Origin: an uncultured delta proteobacterium
Lineage (GTDB): Bacteria; Bdellovibrionota; FAC87; UBA2466
NCBI GenBank assembly: GCA_963778115.1
Contig: CAVZSV010000005.1
Location: 192,001 to 256,000, forward strand
Direction of reading: 5' to 3'
Length of the DNA stretch: 64,000 nt
Shown here: positions 29,821-39,120 of the stretch, in pieces
Position numbering within the stretch: position 1 is the stretch's first letter
Layout: every line of letters begins with the position of its first letter
The notes under the pieces: model-generated
The model's input: the letters and a program-made list of their open reading frames with translations, nothing else
Database searches by the model: none
Told to the model about the DNA's origin: nothing
Translations under genes and position numbers: made by a program

Positions 29821-30948
29821 TTATCCAGTGAGCCCCAAAGAGACCGACATTTGATCGACCGCGTAAGGAATACAAAACGTGACATCGACTTGAAGGATGT
29901 CCTCAGTTCCTTTGGGTACAATGGCTATCTGAGTCTGGAACGGCTGTTTTGCATTCGGGTCAAAAATTTTCACAAGAGGTTGGAAAGCCGATTGTAAAGC
30001 GACGTCTACTAGGTCGGCTAACCCGTCTTGCATCGGTTCTAACACAAAAGGTTCGCATATTTGATGAATCGCCTCTCGTAATGCCAAGACGGTTCTGCGA
30101 GTCGATACAAAACGATTGTCGAGATCAACAGACTCGGCCAGAGTCCTTCCGCCCCAAACCCTACAATCTCCTGTTCCAAACTGGTGAAAAAGGTTCACCC
30201 TCATCTCAAGAAGCGGGTGAAGCGTGGCCGGGCGAAATCTTCGCACGGGCTGATAGCCCTCGTTTAAGGGGCGGTTTGCCGGAATCTCGTTGATGCCGTA
30301 GGCCGCGTCGCTGACTTGAAAAGCTGCTGCGGCGACTATTGCCGGAGGTGTCAATCGACTCGCTCCCCTCAGCCAGGGAAAATAGGCAGCCGCATTAGGG
30401 CAGTAAATTCCCTTTAGCCAGGACTCCACCAACGTTTCATCGGCCTGTTTCGGAAAATCGGTGAGCATAAAAAAATGGTTTAAAGGGGAGATGATATCGA
30501 AGAGCGAAACGTGAAAGGCCTTATGTTCTTCGAAACCAAGAATCTGGCTTGCTTGAGGAACCACGACCAGATCGGCCACTTCAGAAAAATTCTTGATTGC
30601 ATGGATCCCTGTTCGCGAATGCAATCCCCGATCGCTGCCTAGTAGTGACGACAATCGGTGGTTGGGATCGAAAGGAAGGGCGATGACATAGGCATGGCTT
30701 GCGCCCATTTCGAAGAAAGGGAACAGTAAAGCCCACGCTTCTTTGTCAAAAAGGCAGGTACTGGCTAAGATTTGGGTTTCAATGTCTTCCATGGAATGAA
30801 GCTCTTGGGAAAACGGATGGGAAATCCCTTGCAGGAAAAGAGGAACCACGGGGACTCCAGTCCGATGGCGAAGCAAACCAATGCGGGAAGTGTGCCTTCC
30901 CGAGGTCTGATTCTCTATCGACAGGTTGTAAATGCCCCGTGGTTCCAT
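29821..30948 (-). CDS. Second, divergent tail sheath-like protein
   Basis: FFEMGASHAYVI; AAAYFPWL; PP; EIPANRPL; RVWGGRTL; RFVSTRR; PFVLEP. Confidence 0.75.
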   Translation of the reverse strand: MEPRGIYNLSIENQTSGRHTSRIGLLRHRTGVPVVPLFLQGISHPFSQELHSMEDIETQILASTCLFDKEAWALLFPFFEMGASHAYVIALPFDPNHRLSSLLGSDRGLHSRTGIHAIKNFSEVADLVVVPQASQILGFEEHKAFHVSLFDIISPLNHFFMLTDFPKQADETLVESWLKGIYCPNAAAYFPWLRGASRLTPPAIVAAAAFQVSDAAYGINEIPANRPLNEGYQPVRRFRPATLHPLLEMRVNLFHQFGTGDCRVWGGRTLAESVDLDNRFVSTRRTVLALREAIHQICEPFVLEPMQDGLADLVDVALQSAFQPLVKIFDPNAKQPFQTQIAIVPKGTEDILQVDVTFCIPYAVDQMSVSLGLTG

Positions 30949-30968
30949 GATCCGATACCCTTTCCTAC

Positions 30969-31406
30969 TTAAGCGAGTTCAACATCAGAGACACTAAGAG
31001 TAATCTCCTCACGAAGGATCTCATTTCCGTTAGCGTCCTTGCTGAGGGTGGGCCCGCTCCATCCCTTGGGCCATGCGCCGAAGAAGTTAAAGCGGATGAC
31101 CTCTTTTCCTTCATCGTCAGTAAGGATGATGGATCCTGATTTACGGACCTGTTTTCCGCCTTTGATCTCTTTCATCCAAGAATAGAGCTCTTTGTCTTTC
31201 TTGAATCGCCGAGAAAGCGAAATGTCCCTAGCGTTAAATCGGCCAGGACGATTCAACATTTGGTTTTTGCCTTCGTGATAAGCGATGTCTTCCATATCGA
31301 TTCCGATACCAGACACCGTGTCGTAGGAACCCCACTGATGACCATCGATGGTCACTTTGAAGCTCGATACGTTAAGGTACTCTTCACCTGCGGTAGCTGT
31401 TGCCAT
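30969..31406 (-). CDS. T4 gp19-like tail tube protein 1 (Afp1-like)
   Basis: FKVTIDG; PGRFNARDISLSR; RKSGSIILTD; FNFFGAWPKGWSGPTL; EEITL. Confidence 0.93.
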   Translation of the reverse strand: MATATAGEEYLNVSSFKVTIDGHQWGSYDTVSGIGIDMEDIAYHEGKNQMLNRPGRFNARDISLSRRFKKDKELYSWMKEIKGGKQVRKSGSIILTDDEGKEVIRFNFFGAWPKGWSGPTLSKDANGNEILREEITLSVSDVELA

Positions 31407-31420
31407 AATTGGACTCCTTT

Positions 31421-31454
31421 AAAAAAGGGAGTGGTCACTATTGACCAACTTCCC
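31421..31454 (-). terminator. Intrinsic-terminator-like hairpin + U6 between the sheath and tube genes
   Basis: Minus strand GGGAAGTTGGTCA-ATAG-TGACCACTCCC-TTTTTT, immediately followed by the AAGGAG RBS of the tube gene. Confidence 0.55.
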
Positions 31455-31459
31455 GGGGG

Positions 31460-32617
31460 TTATTCGGCGTTCGCCTCATCGCGTTCTATTTTCTGCTGGA
31501 TATTGATCTGCACGAACTCCGCCGGCTTTACCGGGGCGATGCCGATCTCAATCGTTACAATCCCTAGATCAAGGTTCTCTTTGGGATTGGTCTGTTCGTT
31601 ACAACGAACGTAAAAGGCCTCTTCCGGGGTTTTCCCCATCAAAGCTCCGTTGTTGTAGAGCGTCTTGAGGTAAGCGCGGATATTTCTTTCCACGTTTCCC
31701 CAAAGTTCTTGATCGTTGGGTTCAAAAACCACCCACTCGGTTCCCTTGGTGACGCTTTGTTTCACCACTTGGAAAAGTCGTCTGACGTTTACGTATTTCC
31801 ATTCGCTATCGGCCGAGAGCGTACGGGCTCCGTAAATGCGAATTCCCATGTCATCTAAATCACGAATGACGTTGATGCCGCGAGGATTGAGCAAAGCCTG
31901 TTCGTTTCGCGTTAGCGTATACTTAAGCCCCAGGGCTCCGCGAAGAACTTCGTTAGCAGGAGCCTTATGAACTCCGCGTTCCGTATCGACACGAGCAATG
32001 GTCCCCATGACATGGCCCGAAGGCGGAACGTACGCCAGCTTCTTGGTGGATTCGTCGAATACCGAAATCCACGGCCAGTAAAGGGCGGCCTCTTTGCTAT
32101 CGCCGATCCGAGGAAATTCGTGAAGTTGAATTTCTTTTAGATCCTCAACGCCGTCTAAGACGGCCATGCGATCGCCACACTCAGAAGCATGGTCGGAGAG
32201 CAGGGCATGAATCGTCTTTCCCGTAAAACCAGGGGCGGCAACCATCGCGATGTCTTCAATTGCTTTAAACGCCTGTAGACCAGTACGAAGTTGAGGCCCC
32301 TTATCTTCGCCTTTAATGTCGCCGGCCACTTCATCTTCGGTCTGCCCCTCTTTGGGTGCTCCGACATTGAGAACGTAACAGCGAGATCCGCCATTAAGAA
32401 AAAAGCCGTAAACCGCGTGGGCGAGATAGCCCCCTTCTTTTATTCCGCCGAACAGTTTCTGGTACGCCGCCCAACTCGTCACCAATTGTGGTTTTTGGAC
32501 GGGGCCTTGCGTGACTTGCCCGATCATTCCCGCAGTCGATGATCCCACCGATTCGATGGGTTTATTACCGCTCGAGACGATCGAGGAGTATACGCCCGGT
32601 GCTTGATATGTGCTCAT
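31460..32617 (-). CDS. Contractile tail sheath protein (Afp2/3/4-like)
   Basis: YQAPGVY; AVYGFFLNGG; VPPSGHVMG; RGVHKAPANE; LNPRGINVIR; GARTL; YVNVRR; VVFEPND; IGIAPVKPAEF. Confidence 0.97.
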   Translation of the reverse strand: MSTYQAPGVYSSIVSSGNKPIESVGSSTAGMIGQVTQGPVQKPQLVTSWAAYQKLFGGIKEGGYLAHAVYGFFLNGGSRCYVLNVGAPKEGQTEDEVAGDIKGEDKGPQLRTGLQAFKAIEDIAMVAAPGFTGKTIHALLSDHASECGDRMAVLDGVEDLKEIQLHEFPRIGDSKEAALYWPWISVFDESTKKLAYVPPSGHVMGTIARVDTERGVHKAPANEVLRGALGLKYTLTRNEQALLNPRGINVIRDLDDMGIRIYGARTLSADSEWKYVNVRRLFQVVKQSVTKGTEWVVFEPNDQELWGNVERNIRAYLKTLYNNGALMGKTPEEAFYVRCNEQTNPKENLDLGIVTIEIGIAPVKPAEFVQINIQQKIERDEANAE

Positions 32618-33219
32618 AGGACACTCCTTTCAGTACCGTCATTGATATCAATGACTCTTTGTTTGGTTTTGTGCTCTTCCCGAAGCGGATTGCCGCTGTG
32701 GTAAAGCGCCATGTAGTCGAAATCGAATCGAAACTCTTCTCCCCGAGTGGTGTTGGGCTCCCGGCTCTGGATACGAATGTCCGCTTTGTGGGCCCTCATG
32801 CGATCAAAGAGTGCTGGGAAAGCTTTGAAACCTTCAGGTAAAAAAGGATCGATGGTGCGAGAGTCGAAAAAGAAGGCGCAGAGCTTGTCATAAGCGCGAA
32901 GGGCTATGGCCGATGGGACAGCCGTTCCTACTAGGGAAAAAGAGATCGTCATCCTCGAGGGGTTGCGAAAGACGACGAACTTGTCCTGGGCGGACTCGCA
33001 GAGAAAGGTTCCTTTCTCCTGGTCGAGACCACTTTTGCCCACGATATAGAGATGAAAGTCTTGGGAGGCGGCGGATAAGGGGGAGCCAAAGACTACCTGA
33101 GGTGACCGACGAAAGAGGCTCGCGCTGTCCTTGAGTACCCCATTTAATAATAAGGTCATGGACTGGGCCAGATTCGTAAAGTAATCGGTATGGGCAAGTA
33201 TTTGAATGCGATCCTCCAT
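32614..33219 (-). CDS. First gene of the CIS operon; possible divergent Afp16/DUF4255 cap protein (start uncertain)
   Basis: Position upstream of the sheath with an ATGA overlap and size fit; sequence resemblance weak. Confidence 0.5.
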   Translation of the reverse strand: MEDRIQILAHTDYFTNLAQSMTLLLNGVLKDSASLFRRSPQVVFGSPLSAASQDFHLYIVGKSGLDQEKGTFLCESAQDKFVVFRNPSRMTISFSLVGTAVPSAIALRAYDKLCAFFFDSRTIDPFLPEGFKAFPALFDRMRAHKADIRIQSREPNTTRGEEFRFDFDYMALYHSGNPLREEHKTKQRVIDINDGTERSVL

Positions 33220-33235
33220 CACGAACAATGGGAAG

Positions 33236-33252
33236 AGCAATTGATGTGCCAA
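33236..33252 (-). promoter_or_regulatory. Sigma-54 promoter of the leftward structural CIS operon
   Basis: Minus strand TTGGCACATCAATTGCT, a near-perfect TGGCAC-N5-TTGCW. Confidence 0.8.
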
Positions 33253-33291
33253 TAAACCCCTCCTTATAAGAGGCTCCGAATGAGTGCCCAA

Positions 33292-33432
33292 CGTTTCAGA
33301 AATGAGATAGGGGCGAGAGGCGTGGGTCAAAGGTGAGAAGAGCGGTTACCTCCCTGACACTCCTCCTCTTGCTCGCCTAAGCCTCGTGTCAGTTCTGAGA
33401 CGATTTGGCCCCCTAAAATCACGTTTGAAACG
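33292..33432. promoter_or_regulatory. Four phased TCA-N4-TGA(G/A)A palindromes (candidate enhancer sites)
   Basis: CGTTTCAGAAATGAGATA, GGGTCAAAGGTGAGAA, CGTGTCAGTTCTGAGACG, AAATCACGTTTGAAACG; TCA at 33296, 33327, 33389, 33419. Confidence 0.65.
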
Positions 33433-33481
33433 ATTGTCGTCTCCCGGCTCTTCGGGGCCTGCTCAAACTGTCCCCTTTCGC

Positions 33482-33498
33482 TTGGTACGGGAATTGCT
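33482..33498 (+). promoter_or_regulatory. Sigma-54 promoter of the rightward AAA operon
   Basis: TTGGTACGGGAATTGCT, GG-N10-GC, ~47 bp upstream of ATG 33545. Confidence 0.75.
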
Positions 33499-33544
33499 CA
33501 GTGAGTCTTCTGTGAGTCGCAAACGGCTTACCAGAAACGAGATT

Positions 33545-35116
33545 ATGGAAACGAACCGAATCGAAAAGTTTACCGAAGAGATCTCCTCGATGATTCGAGC
33601 CAGATATCCTTTGATTCACGTCACGACGTTTGAAGAGGCCAGATGCCTTGACCTGTTGGACGCGTTGGGAAAACGGCGGGAATCGGCGCTGTATGTGTGG
33701 TCACGGACTCAAGGAGTTCGCAAGAACGAACGCGCGGTAGCCGACATCTTAGATCCCATGGCGGCGTTGAAATGGTTCGAAGAGCTCAATGAAAAGTCAG
33801 TCCTTGTGCTTAAAGATTTTCATCCTTATCTCAAGGAGCCGGGCATTGTTCGAAAACTAAGAGACTTGGCGCAGGCGCTTAAAAAGTCTCAAAAGAATAT
33901 TGTCTTGATAGCACCTATCTTACAGACCCCTCCCGAGTTAGCGAAGGAGATGGCTCTTTTGGATCTGCCCTTACCCTCCAGAGAAGAGATTCATCGTCTC
34001 ATTCAAAGAGCGGGGGAAGTGTTAAAGCCAGGGACGCTAACGACCGACCCGCATTTTATTGAATCTATCACCGACGCCGCTTCCGGCCTTACGTATGACG
34101 AAATCGAAAATGTCTTGGCAAAGAGTATCGTGGCTCAAGGAGCGCTCGATCGAAAACTGATTCAAGATGAAAAGCGTCAGATCGTAAAGCGCTCCGGTCT
34201 TTTGGAGTTCGTCGATACCAGCTCCGATCAATCCGCGGGAGTGGGCGGGTTAACGTTTCTCAAGGAATGGCTCCATACTCGCAAAGGTGGTCTTTCCCTG
34301 GAAGCAAGACAGCTTAAGCTTCCTGTTCCCAAAGGGATACTGCTTGTGGGAATTCCCGGTTGCGGTAAATCACTGACCGCGGTAACCGTCGGGCGAAGCT
34401 GGCAGCTACCGTTGCTTCGGCTAGACATGGGCAGAATTTTTGCCGGGGTCGTCGGCTCCAGCGAAAGTAATGTTCGCAATGCCATCGCCACGTGCGAGGC
34501 CGTCTCCCCGTGCATTTTGTGGGTGGACGAAATTGAAAAAGGGCTATCAGGGACTCAGTCCAGCGGAGCCAGCGATGGGGGCACAACGAGCCGTGTTTTT
34601 GGAACCTTACTTACCTGGATGCAGGAGAAGAAAAGTTCGGTCTTCGTCGTGGCGACGGCGAATGATATTTCTGCGTTACCCCCAGAGTTTCTTCGTAAGG
34701 GCCGTTTTGATGAGATTTTCTTTGTGGATCTTCCCAATCGGGAAGAGCGCACCGAGATTTTTGGAATTCAACTCGAGCGCTATGGTTGGGCCGTCGAAGG
34801 GCTCGATATGGTCGATTTGGTTTCGAAGACCGAAGGGTTTAGTGGCGCTGAGATCGAACAAGCGCTCATCGCGGGTCGTTACCAAGCGTTTGGATCCAGC
34901 GAAGCCTTTTGCCAAGGTCATATTTTGGGCGCTGTCGCTGAGACGGTGCCTCTTTCAAAGACTATGGGCGAGAGAATTGAAAAACTTCGTTCATGGGCCG
35001 TGCATCGGGCACGTCCCGCTTCTAAACCCATCGGGGATGAAAGGAACGATAGATTTGGCTCGCGCAGTCATGCGCTAGAACTAGAAGAGTCCACGAAAAA
35101 GGAAGGTAGAGCGTAA
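33545..35116 (+). CDS. Ycf46-like AAA+ ATPase
   Basis: [97 protein letters not shown]. Confidence 0.92.
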   Translation: METNRIEKFTEEISSMIRARYPLIHVTTFEEARCLDLLDALGKRRESALYVWSRTQGVRKNERAVADILDPMAALKWFEELNEKSVLVLKDFHPYLKEPGIVRKLRDLAQALKKSQKNIVLIAPILQTPPELAKEMALLDLPLPSREEIHRLIQRAGEVLKPGTLTTDPHFIESITDAASGLTYDEIENVLAKSIVAQGALDRKLIQDEKRQIVKRSGLLEFVDTSSDQSAGVGGLTFLKEWLHTRKGGLSLEARQLKLPVPKGILLVGIPGCGKSLTAVTVGRSWQLPLLRLDMGRIFAGVVGSSESNVRNAIATCEAVSPCILWVDEIEKGLSGTQSSGASDGGTTSRVFGTLLTWMQEKKSSVFVVATANDISALPPEFLRKGRFDEIFFVDLPNREERTEIFGIQLERYGWAVEGLDMVDLVSKTEGFSGAEIEQALIAGRYQAFGSSEAFCQGHILGAVAETVPLSKTMGERIEKLRSWAVHRARPASKPIGDERNDRFGSRSHALELEESTKKEGRA

Positions 35117-36651
35117 TGGAACGGATTAGTGTGAATTTAAGCCGACCGAATTTCTTTCCGGGTCAGCTCATCGACTATAAAGACCTCAATCGATTAGCCG
35201 CTCAAGCGGACAAAGTATCGGCCCTTTTATGCCGGTACCTTTTTGAAAGTGGCGGAATTATCGTAAGAGCCTTTGAGGAGTTCGAAGTGAGCTCTCTCAA
35301 AACGCTTACCCTGCTCGTCAAGCCAGGAATCGCGTTGCTTCCCAACGGGCAGCCCGTGGTTCTCTCCAAAGAGACGGTCGTTGATCTATCACCGTACAGG
35401 AAGGGCAAGGAGAGTCGCAAAATCGTGGTAGCCGTAAAGAACGTCCTCCAAGGTACTGATCGTTATACCGATCGCGAAGACGCTTCCATTTCGGGCTACC
35501 GTACGGAAGCTCTCGATGCGCAGATTGTGATAGGAACCTCGGCGTCCTCTGACGACGGGATCGAACTTTTTAGGGTAACGCTTGCTCCCGATACCGAGTC
35601 GCTTCGCATGGCAACCATTCAAGAGGAGTGGAAAACCGAATTAGACGCCGGAGTGATCGATCTGAGACATCGCAATACGATTGTTCCCCAAACCTTCGCC
35701 CCCATGCGGTCGGAGGAGTCGTTGAAGGTGAGACAGGCACTGTACGGAATCGAAAGAGCCCATTCCAAAATGGAACGAATTTACCTGGTAGACGATCCTT
35801 TTACGACCGTGCAATACCTGACGCAATTGCATGCGGAAATGTTGGCACGCCCCTTTCAGCCGTTGAAGATGGCATTCTTAATGTCGGAATTTGCCGACAA
35901 ACTTTCGAAGTATTTGGATAAGCTCTCCAGTCGGTTGGGTGCGCAGCGGAGCAACTTCGACAGAGAGACACTTCTTAAAGCAGTGGCGCTTTTGGATGGA
36001 CTCAAAGAAAAACAGGTTCTTCCACGCGCGCAAAGCTGGAAGGTTTTACCTGAAGTGGCAGAACTGTTGATGCAATTTGTAGACTTCGCGGAACGAAAAT
36101 TCAGTCTCGTTAATACCGTCGAAGAGGCGCTGATAGATCTAAGAAACCGGTACTGTTCCATGGAAAATAAGATCGTATTAGGCGGCCACCTATTTGAGCA
36201 AGTGGATAAATTGGTAGTGGACGACGAAGACAGGGTCGAAATCAAGGCTCCTACTTCGTTTTCGCGCATGCTCTCCACCCGATTCCAAAACGGCGATGCG
36301 TTGACGCTCAAGGGGAAATTCATCAAGGAAGGGATGCTAACCCTAAAACTTCAGGTGCCGCATCCGGACCGTCCCATCGTGCTTATCTTGCACCAATACG
36401 TCAGACGTGCCGGATCCATTCTGCACTATGAAATCAATGGAAGGCATTTGATTACGGATCAATTTGATATGCAGGGGGAGATGCCGGAGCTTTCCAACCA
36501 CTGGATGAACCGGGGAATCGTGGTTCCGGCCGAGCAACTGGTTCCCCAGGAAAATACGCTACGGATTCGAGTTCAAAAATCGGATCTGGATTTCGGCTTT
36601 TTCGATATTAGCGTTTACCAGCCGTCTGTGATCGTGGGAGGGGCACAATGA
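35116..36651 (+). CDS. CIS-associated protein with an Afp13/tail-fibre-like N-terminal attachment domain
   Basis: RPNFFPGQLIDYKDL...GGIIV...LLVKPGIALLPNGQPVVL resembles eCIS fibre N-termini; helical middle, beta-rich C-terminus. Confidence 0.6.
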   Translation: MERISVNLSRPNFFPGQLIDYKDLNRLAAQADKVSALLCRYLFESGGIIVRAFEEFEVSSLKTLTLLVKPGIALLPNGQPVVLSKETVVDLSPYRKGKESRKIVVAVKNVLQGTDRYTDREDASISGYRTEALDAQIVIGTSASSDDGIELFRVTLAPDTESLRMATIQEEWKTELDAGVIDLRHRNTIVPQTFAPMRSEESLKVRQALYGIERAHSKMERIYLVDDPFTTVQYLTQLHAEMLARPFQPLKMAFLMSEFADKLSKYLDKLSSRLGAQRSNFDRETLLKAVALLDGLKEKQVLPRAQSWKVLPEVAELLMQFVDFAERKFSLVNTVEEALIDLRNRYCSMENKIVLGGHLFEQVDKLVVDDEDRVEIKAPTSFSRMLSTRFQNGDALTLKGKFIKEGMLTLKLQVPHPDRPIVLILHQYVRRAGSILHYEINGRHLITDQFDMQGEMPELSNHWMNRGIVVPAEQLVPQENTLRIRVQKSDLDFGFFDISVYQPSVIVGGAQ

Positions 36652-37199
36652 AGCGCTCGTTACGCAAGCTATCTAACTTGACTAAAGCGAGCTTTGGATT
36701 TTTGCGCATGATGGTTCGCGCCAGGGACAAAGTCATCTCTATCTCGGCTAATGGCCATACGGTGCTAGAAGGTTGGGAGCATTGCCCGGAGGAAAATATC
36801 ATCCGGGAGGCACGAACTAGCGATAAGCCCCCAGTGGAAAGATACCGAACGGCACTTTTTTGTTATGCGGGAGCTCACGCGGGAGAGATATTTCTGCTAG
36901 GCAGAAGCCTAGAGCGGATTGCCAAAGATGTGGATGCGGATCTTATTTTAACGCCCAGCGATCTTAACAGTACCGAAGGCTTTCGCGTGCTTATCAATGG
37001 GGTAGTGAACCTAATGGCCGATCCGGGAGCTCACTTTAAGTTGAATGGACGTGAAGAAGAAAAGAGCGAACTTTTGGATTATGACGAAGTTGAGCTGATG
37101 GGGAACCACTTCGTCGTCTTAGCCTTACGGGCGCCCCATGCTCATGAAAATGAGGGGGAAGCCATGGCCTTTGCCCAAAAAGGAGGAAGCCGTGTTTGA
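36648..37199 (+). CDS. Degenerate FHA-like domain protein
   Basis: LFCYAGAHAGEIFLL...FKLNG...LLDYDEVELMGNHFVV follows the FHA beta pattern but lacks the GR/SxxH residues. Confidence 0.55.
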   Translation: MKRSLRKLSNLTKASFGFLRMMVRARDKVISISANGHTVLEGWEHCPEENIIREARTSDKPPVERYRTALFCYAGAHAGEIFLLGRSLERIAKDVDADLILTPSDLNSTEGFRVLINGVVNLMADPGAHFKLNGREEEKSELLDYDEVELMGNHFVVLALRAPHAHENEGEAMAFAQKGGSRV

Positions 37200-37755
37200 T
37201 CCCAATGGCTCAATGCCAAGTCAGTTAGCCAGCCCCCCAACTCCCAATCTATGGGACAGGCTGTCTCAAACTATCACTAAGCTCTCTTTGCATTTTAAGG
37301 CGCGGCTAGAAGATGGAATCGAGGAGTTTCATTACATTCTAGAGCTAGCGAAATTGGCCGAACAGGTACAAAAAAGGCAACGTCCGTCGCTAAGCCCGCG
37401 CCGCTTGGCCGGCTTTCTTATCGAAGAGCGAGGCGCATCGCCCATCCCCTTGTGGGAGGGGAATAACCCTTTTCAGTTATCGGAAAAAGGGGTTTTGACA
37501 CCTTCACCGGTAACGACTGAAGGGACATACGATTTCGAAATCCGCGTGGCTCCCAAACAAACCTTATTCGAGCGCAGACACCCTTTGAAAGATACCAGAG
37601 TCGTCGACACGAACGACATGGTGTTTATGGGAACGAAACAGTTTCTTATTAAGATGCTTCCCGAAGAGTACCGGCGCGAGATGAAGGCCCCTGTCAGCAT
37701 TTCTGAAGGTCAAATGGCGACGCTAAGACAAGTTGAGGCAAAACATGCTTACTAG
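37192..37755 (+). CDS. Hypothetical protein, possibly degenerate FHA-like C-terminus
   Basis: GTG start with AGGAGG RBS; IPLWEGNN...VDTNDMVFMGTKQFLIK; overlaps both neighbours. Confidence 0.55.
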   Translation: MFDPNGSMPSQLASPPTPNLWDRLSQTITKLSLHFKARLEDGIEEFHYILELAKLAEQVQKRQRPSLSPRRLAGFLIEERGASPIPLWEGNNPFQLSEKGVLTPSPVTTEGTYDFEIRVAPKQTLFERRHPLKDTRVVDTNDMVFMGTKQFLIKMLPEEYRREMKAPVSISEGQMATLRQVEAKHAY

Positions 37756-39109
37756 AACCAAAGTGATGGTCATTTTAGCTCTGTCATTATTTCCCGTTCA
37801 AAATGGGTTTGCCGAAACGGCTGACACCAAAGCGAAGGGAACGTTAGTTCTCAGAAATTTCGCGCCCGTGGATGAGAGAATTGAAGGGGATCTTTCCCTC
37901 ATGAATGCTCCTAGTGGAAAGCTAGATCTCAAGATAGTCCAGTCGGTCACCAAAGAGTCGCTGGGGTTTGAGCTTAAGTCCACCCCCGTTAATCTTTGGG
38001 TATTAGTGGACGCTTCGCAATTGTGCCAGGTCAATAAGATCGATCAATATTTAGGAGCACAGTTAGGTGAGCTCAAACGGACGCTCCCTCCAAAGAGTCT
38101 TTTTAGTGTGGTTTCCTTTACCAGCACAACCCTTGAGATCCCGCACAATCATAGACCCATCGGGGATGTGGAAGAGGTAAGTTTACATTGTGAGCCAACG
38201 CTATTGTCGACCAGTTACGAAAAGGCATTGGCAAGGCTTCTTGAATCTTCTCAAGATGCCGGCATTACCATGCCCACTGTCGTATGGATCTATACATCGG
38301 GTAACGTCTCGCTATCGGAAAAAATGATAGCGAGCCTCAAAAGTAAAAAGATTAATCTTCATTTGATTCTCTATAACGCCATTCTCGAGAATGATATTCG
38401 GCCTCTCATTGACCAGGCGAATCTGAAACTGGGTAACGATCGGGTAGCGCTAAGCATTTTCAATCCGGCCTTTGGATTTGTTCCGGAGCGGTGGATGAGA
38501 GTTGCCATCGATACCCCCAGCTTTTTCAAAGGAGGGCCGGTTCCCCTAACTCTGACGGCTTCGGTGGAAGGCAATCCCGTCGCTTCGGTGCAGGCCACGG
38601 TGAACGTTCCAGCTCCCCGTTCCTTTTGGAGTCGAAATCGTGCTTGGATGATAGGGCTGGGGCTATGTGTGGTGCTAGGCTTTGCCCTGTATCGGCTGGT
38701 GCGCTACTACCGACCGAAATTTTGTAAAACTTGTGGCAAGCGAAGGCGACATACCGACGAAGTCTGCGGGTTTTGTCCTAAGCCTGGCCTTGCCTACTTG
38801 GTAGGAAGATTTAACAGCAAAGATCGCCGCAAATTCAATCGAGTCGATGTGCTTGCATTGCTTAGCCCCGTCGTGGAGCTAGGAAGTCATCGCCGGAGCC
38901 GAGTGAAATGGTTACGGGCTTCTGGCGAGCGCCGCTCGGTCTACTTGACCATCGAGCGCGACACCGTAGCGGGAAAGAGTGCCTATCGGGCGAAGTCGAA
39001 CACGGCTGGAAAGGTTCAAGTCAACGGCCTGGAACTTTCTAATCCCAGGTATTTGGCACCGGGTGACGAAATTCAGAATCGACGGAGTTTCGATGACTTT
39101 TGTTTGTAG
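37745..39109 (+). CDS. Bitopic membrane protein: signal peptide, VWA-like exported domain, TM, Zn-ribbon, FHA-like C-terminus (probable frameshift near the 3' end)
   Basis: LWVLVDASQ, FSVVSF, TSYEKALARLL, VVWIYTSG; TM AWMIGLGLCVVLGFALY; CKTC...CGFC; VQVNG...LAPGDEIQ. Confidence 0.65.
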   Translation: MLTRTKVMVILALSLFPVQNGFAETADTKAKGTLVLRNFAPVDERIEGDLSLMNAPSGKLDLKIVQSVTKESLGFELKSTPVNLWVLVDASQLCQVNKIDQYLGAQLGELKRTLPPKSLFSVVSFTSTTLEIPHNHRPIGDVEEVSLHCEPTLLSTSYEKALARLLESSQDAGITMPTVVWIYTSGNVSLSEKMIASLKSKKINLHLILYNAILENDIRPLIDQANLKLGNDRVALSIFNPAFGFVPERWMRVAIDTPSFFKGGPVPLTLTASVEGNPVASVQATVNVPAPRSFWSRNRAWMIGLGLCVVLGFALYRLVRYYRPKFCKTCGKRRRHTDEVCGFCPKPGLAYLVGRFNSKDRRKFNRVDVLALLSPVVELGSHRRSRVKWLRASGERRSVYLTIERDTVAGKSAYRAKSNTAGKVQVNGLELSNPRYLAPGDEIQNRRSFDDFCL

Positions 39110-39120
39110 GAGGGTAGTTA

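Noticed and set aside
33220..33544. N-terminal extensions of ORFs 32614..33330 and 33386..35116
   Set aside because: They run across the sigma-54 promoters and enhancer palindromes; the real starts lie downstream of the promoters
22856..36651. Prophage
   Set aside because: No capsid, portal, terminase, integrase or replication genes; the gene set and sigma-54 control fit a domesticated tail-derived system
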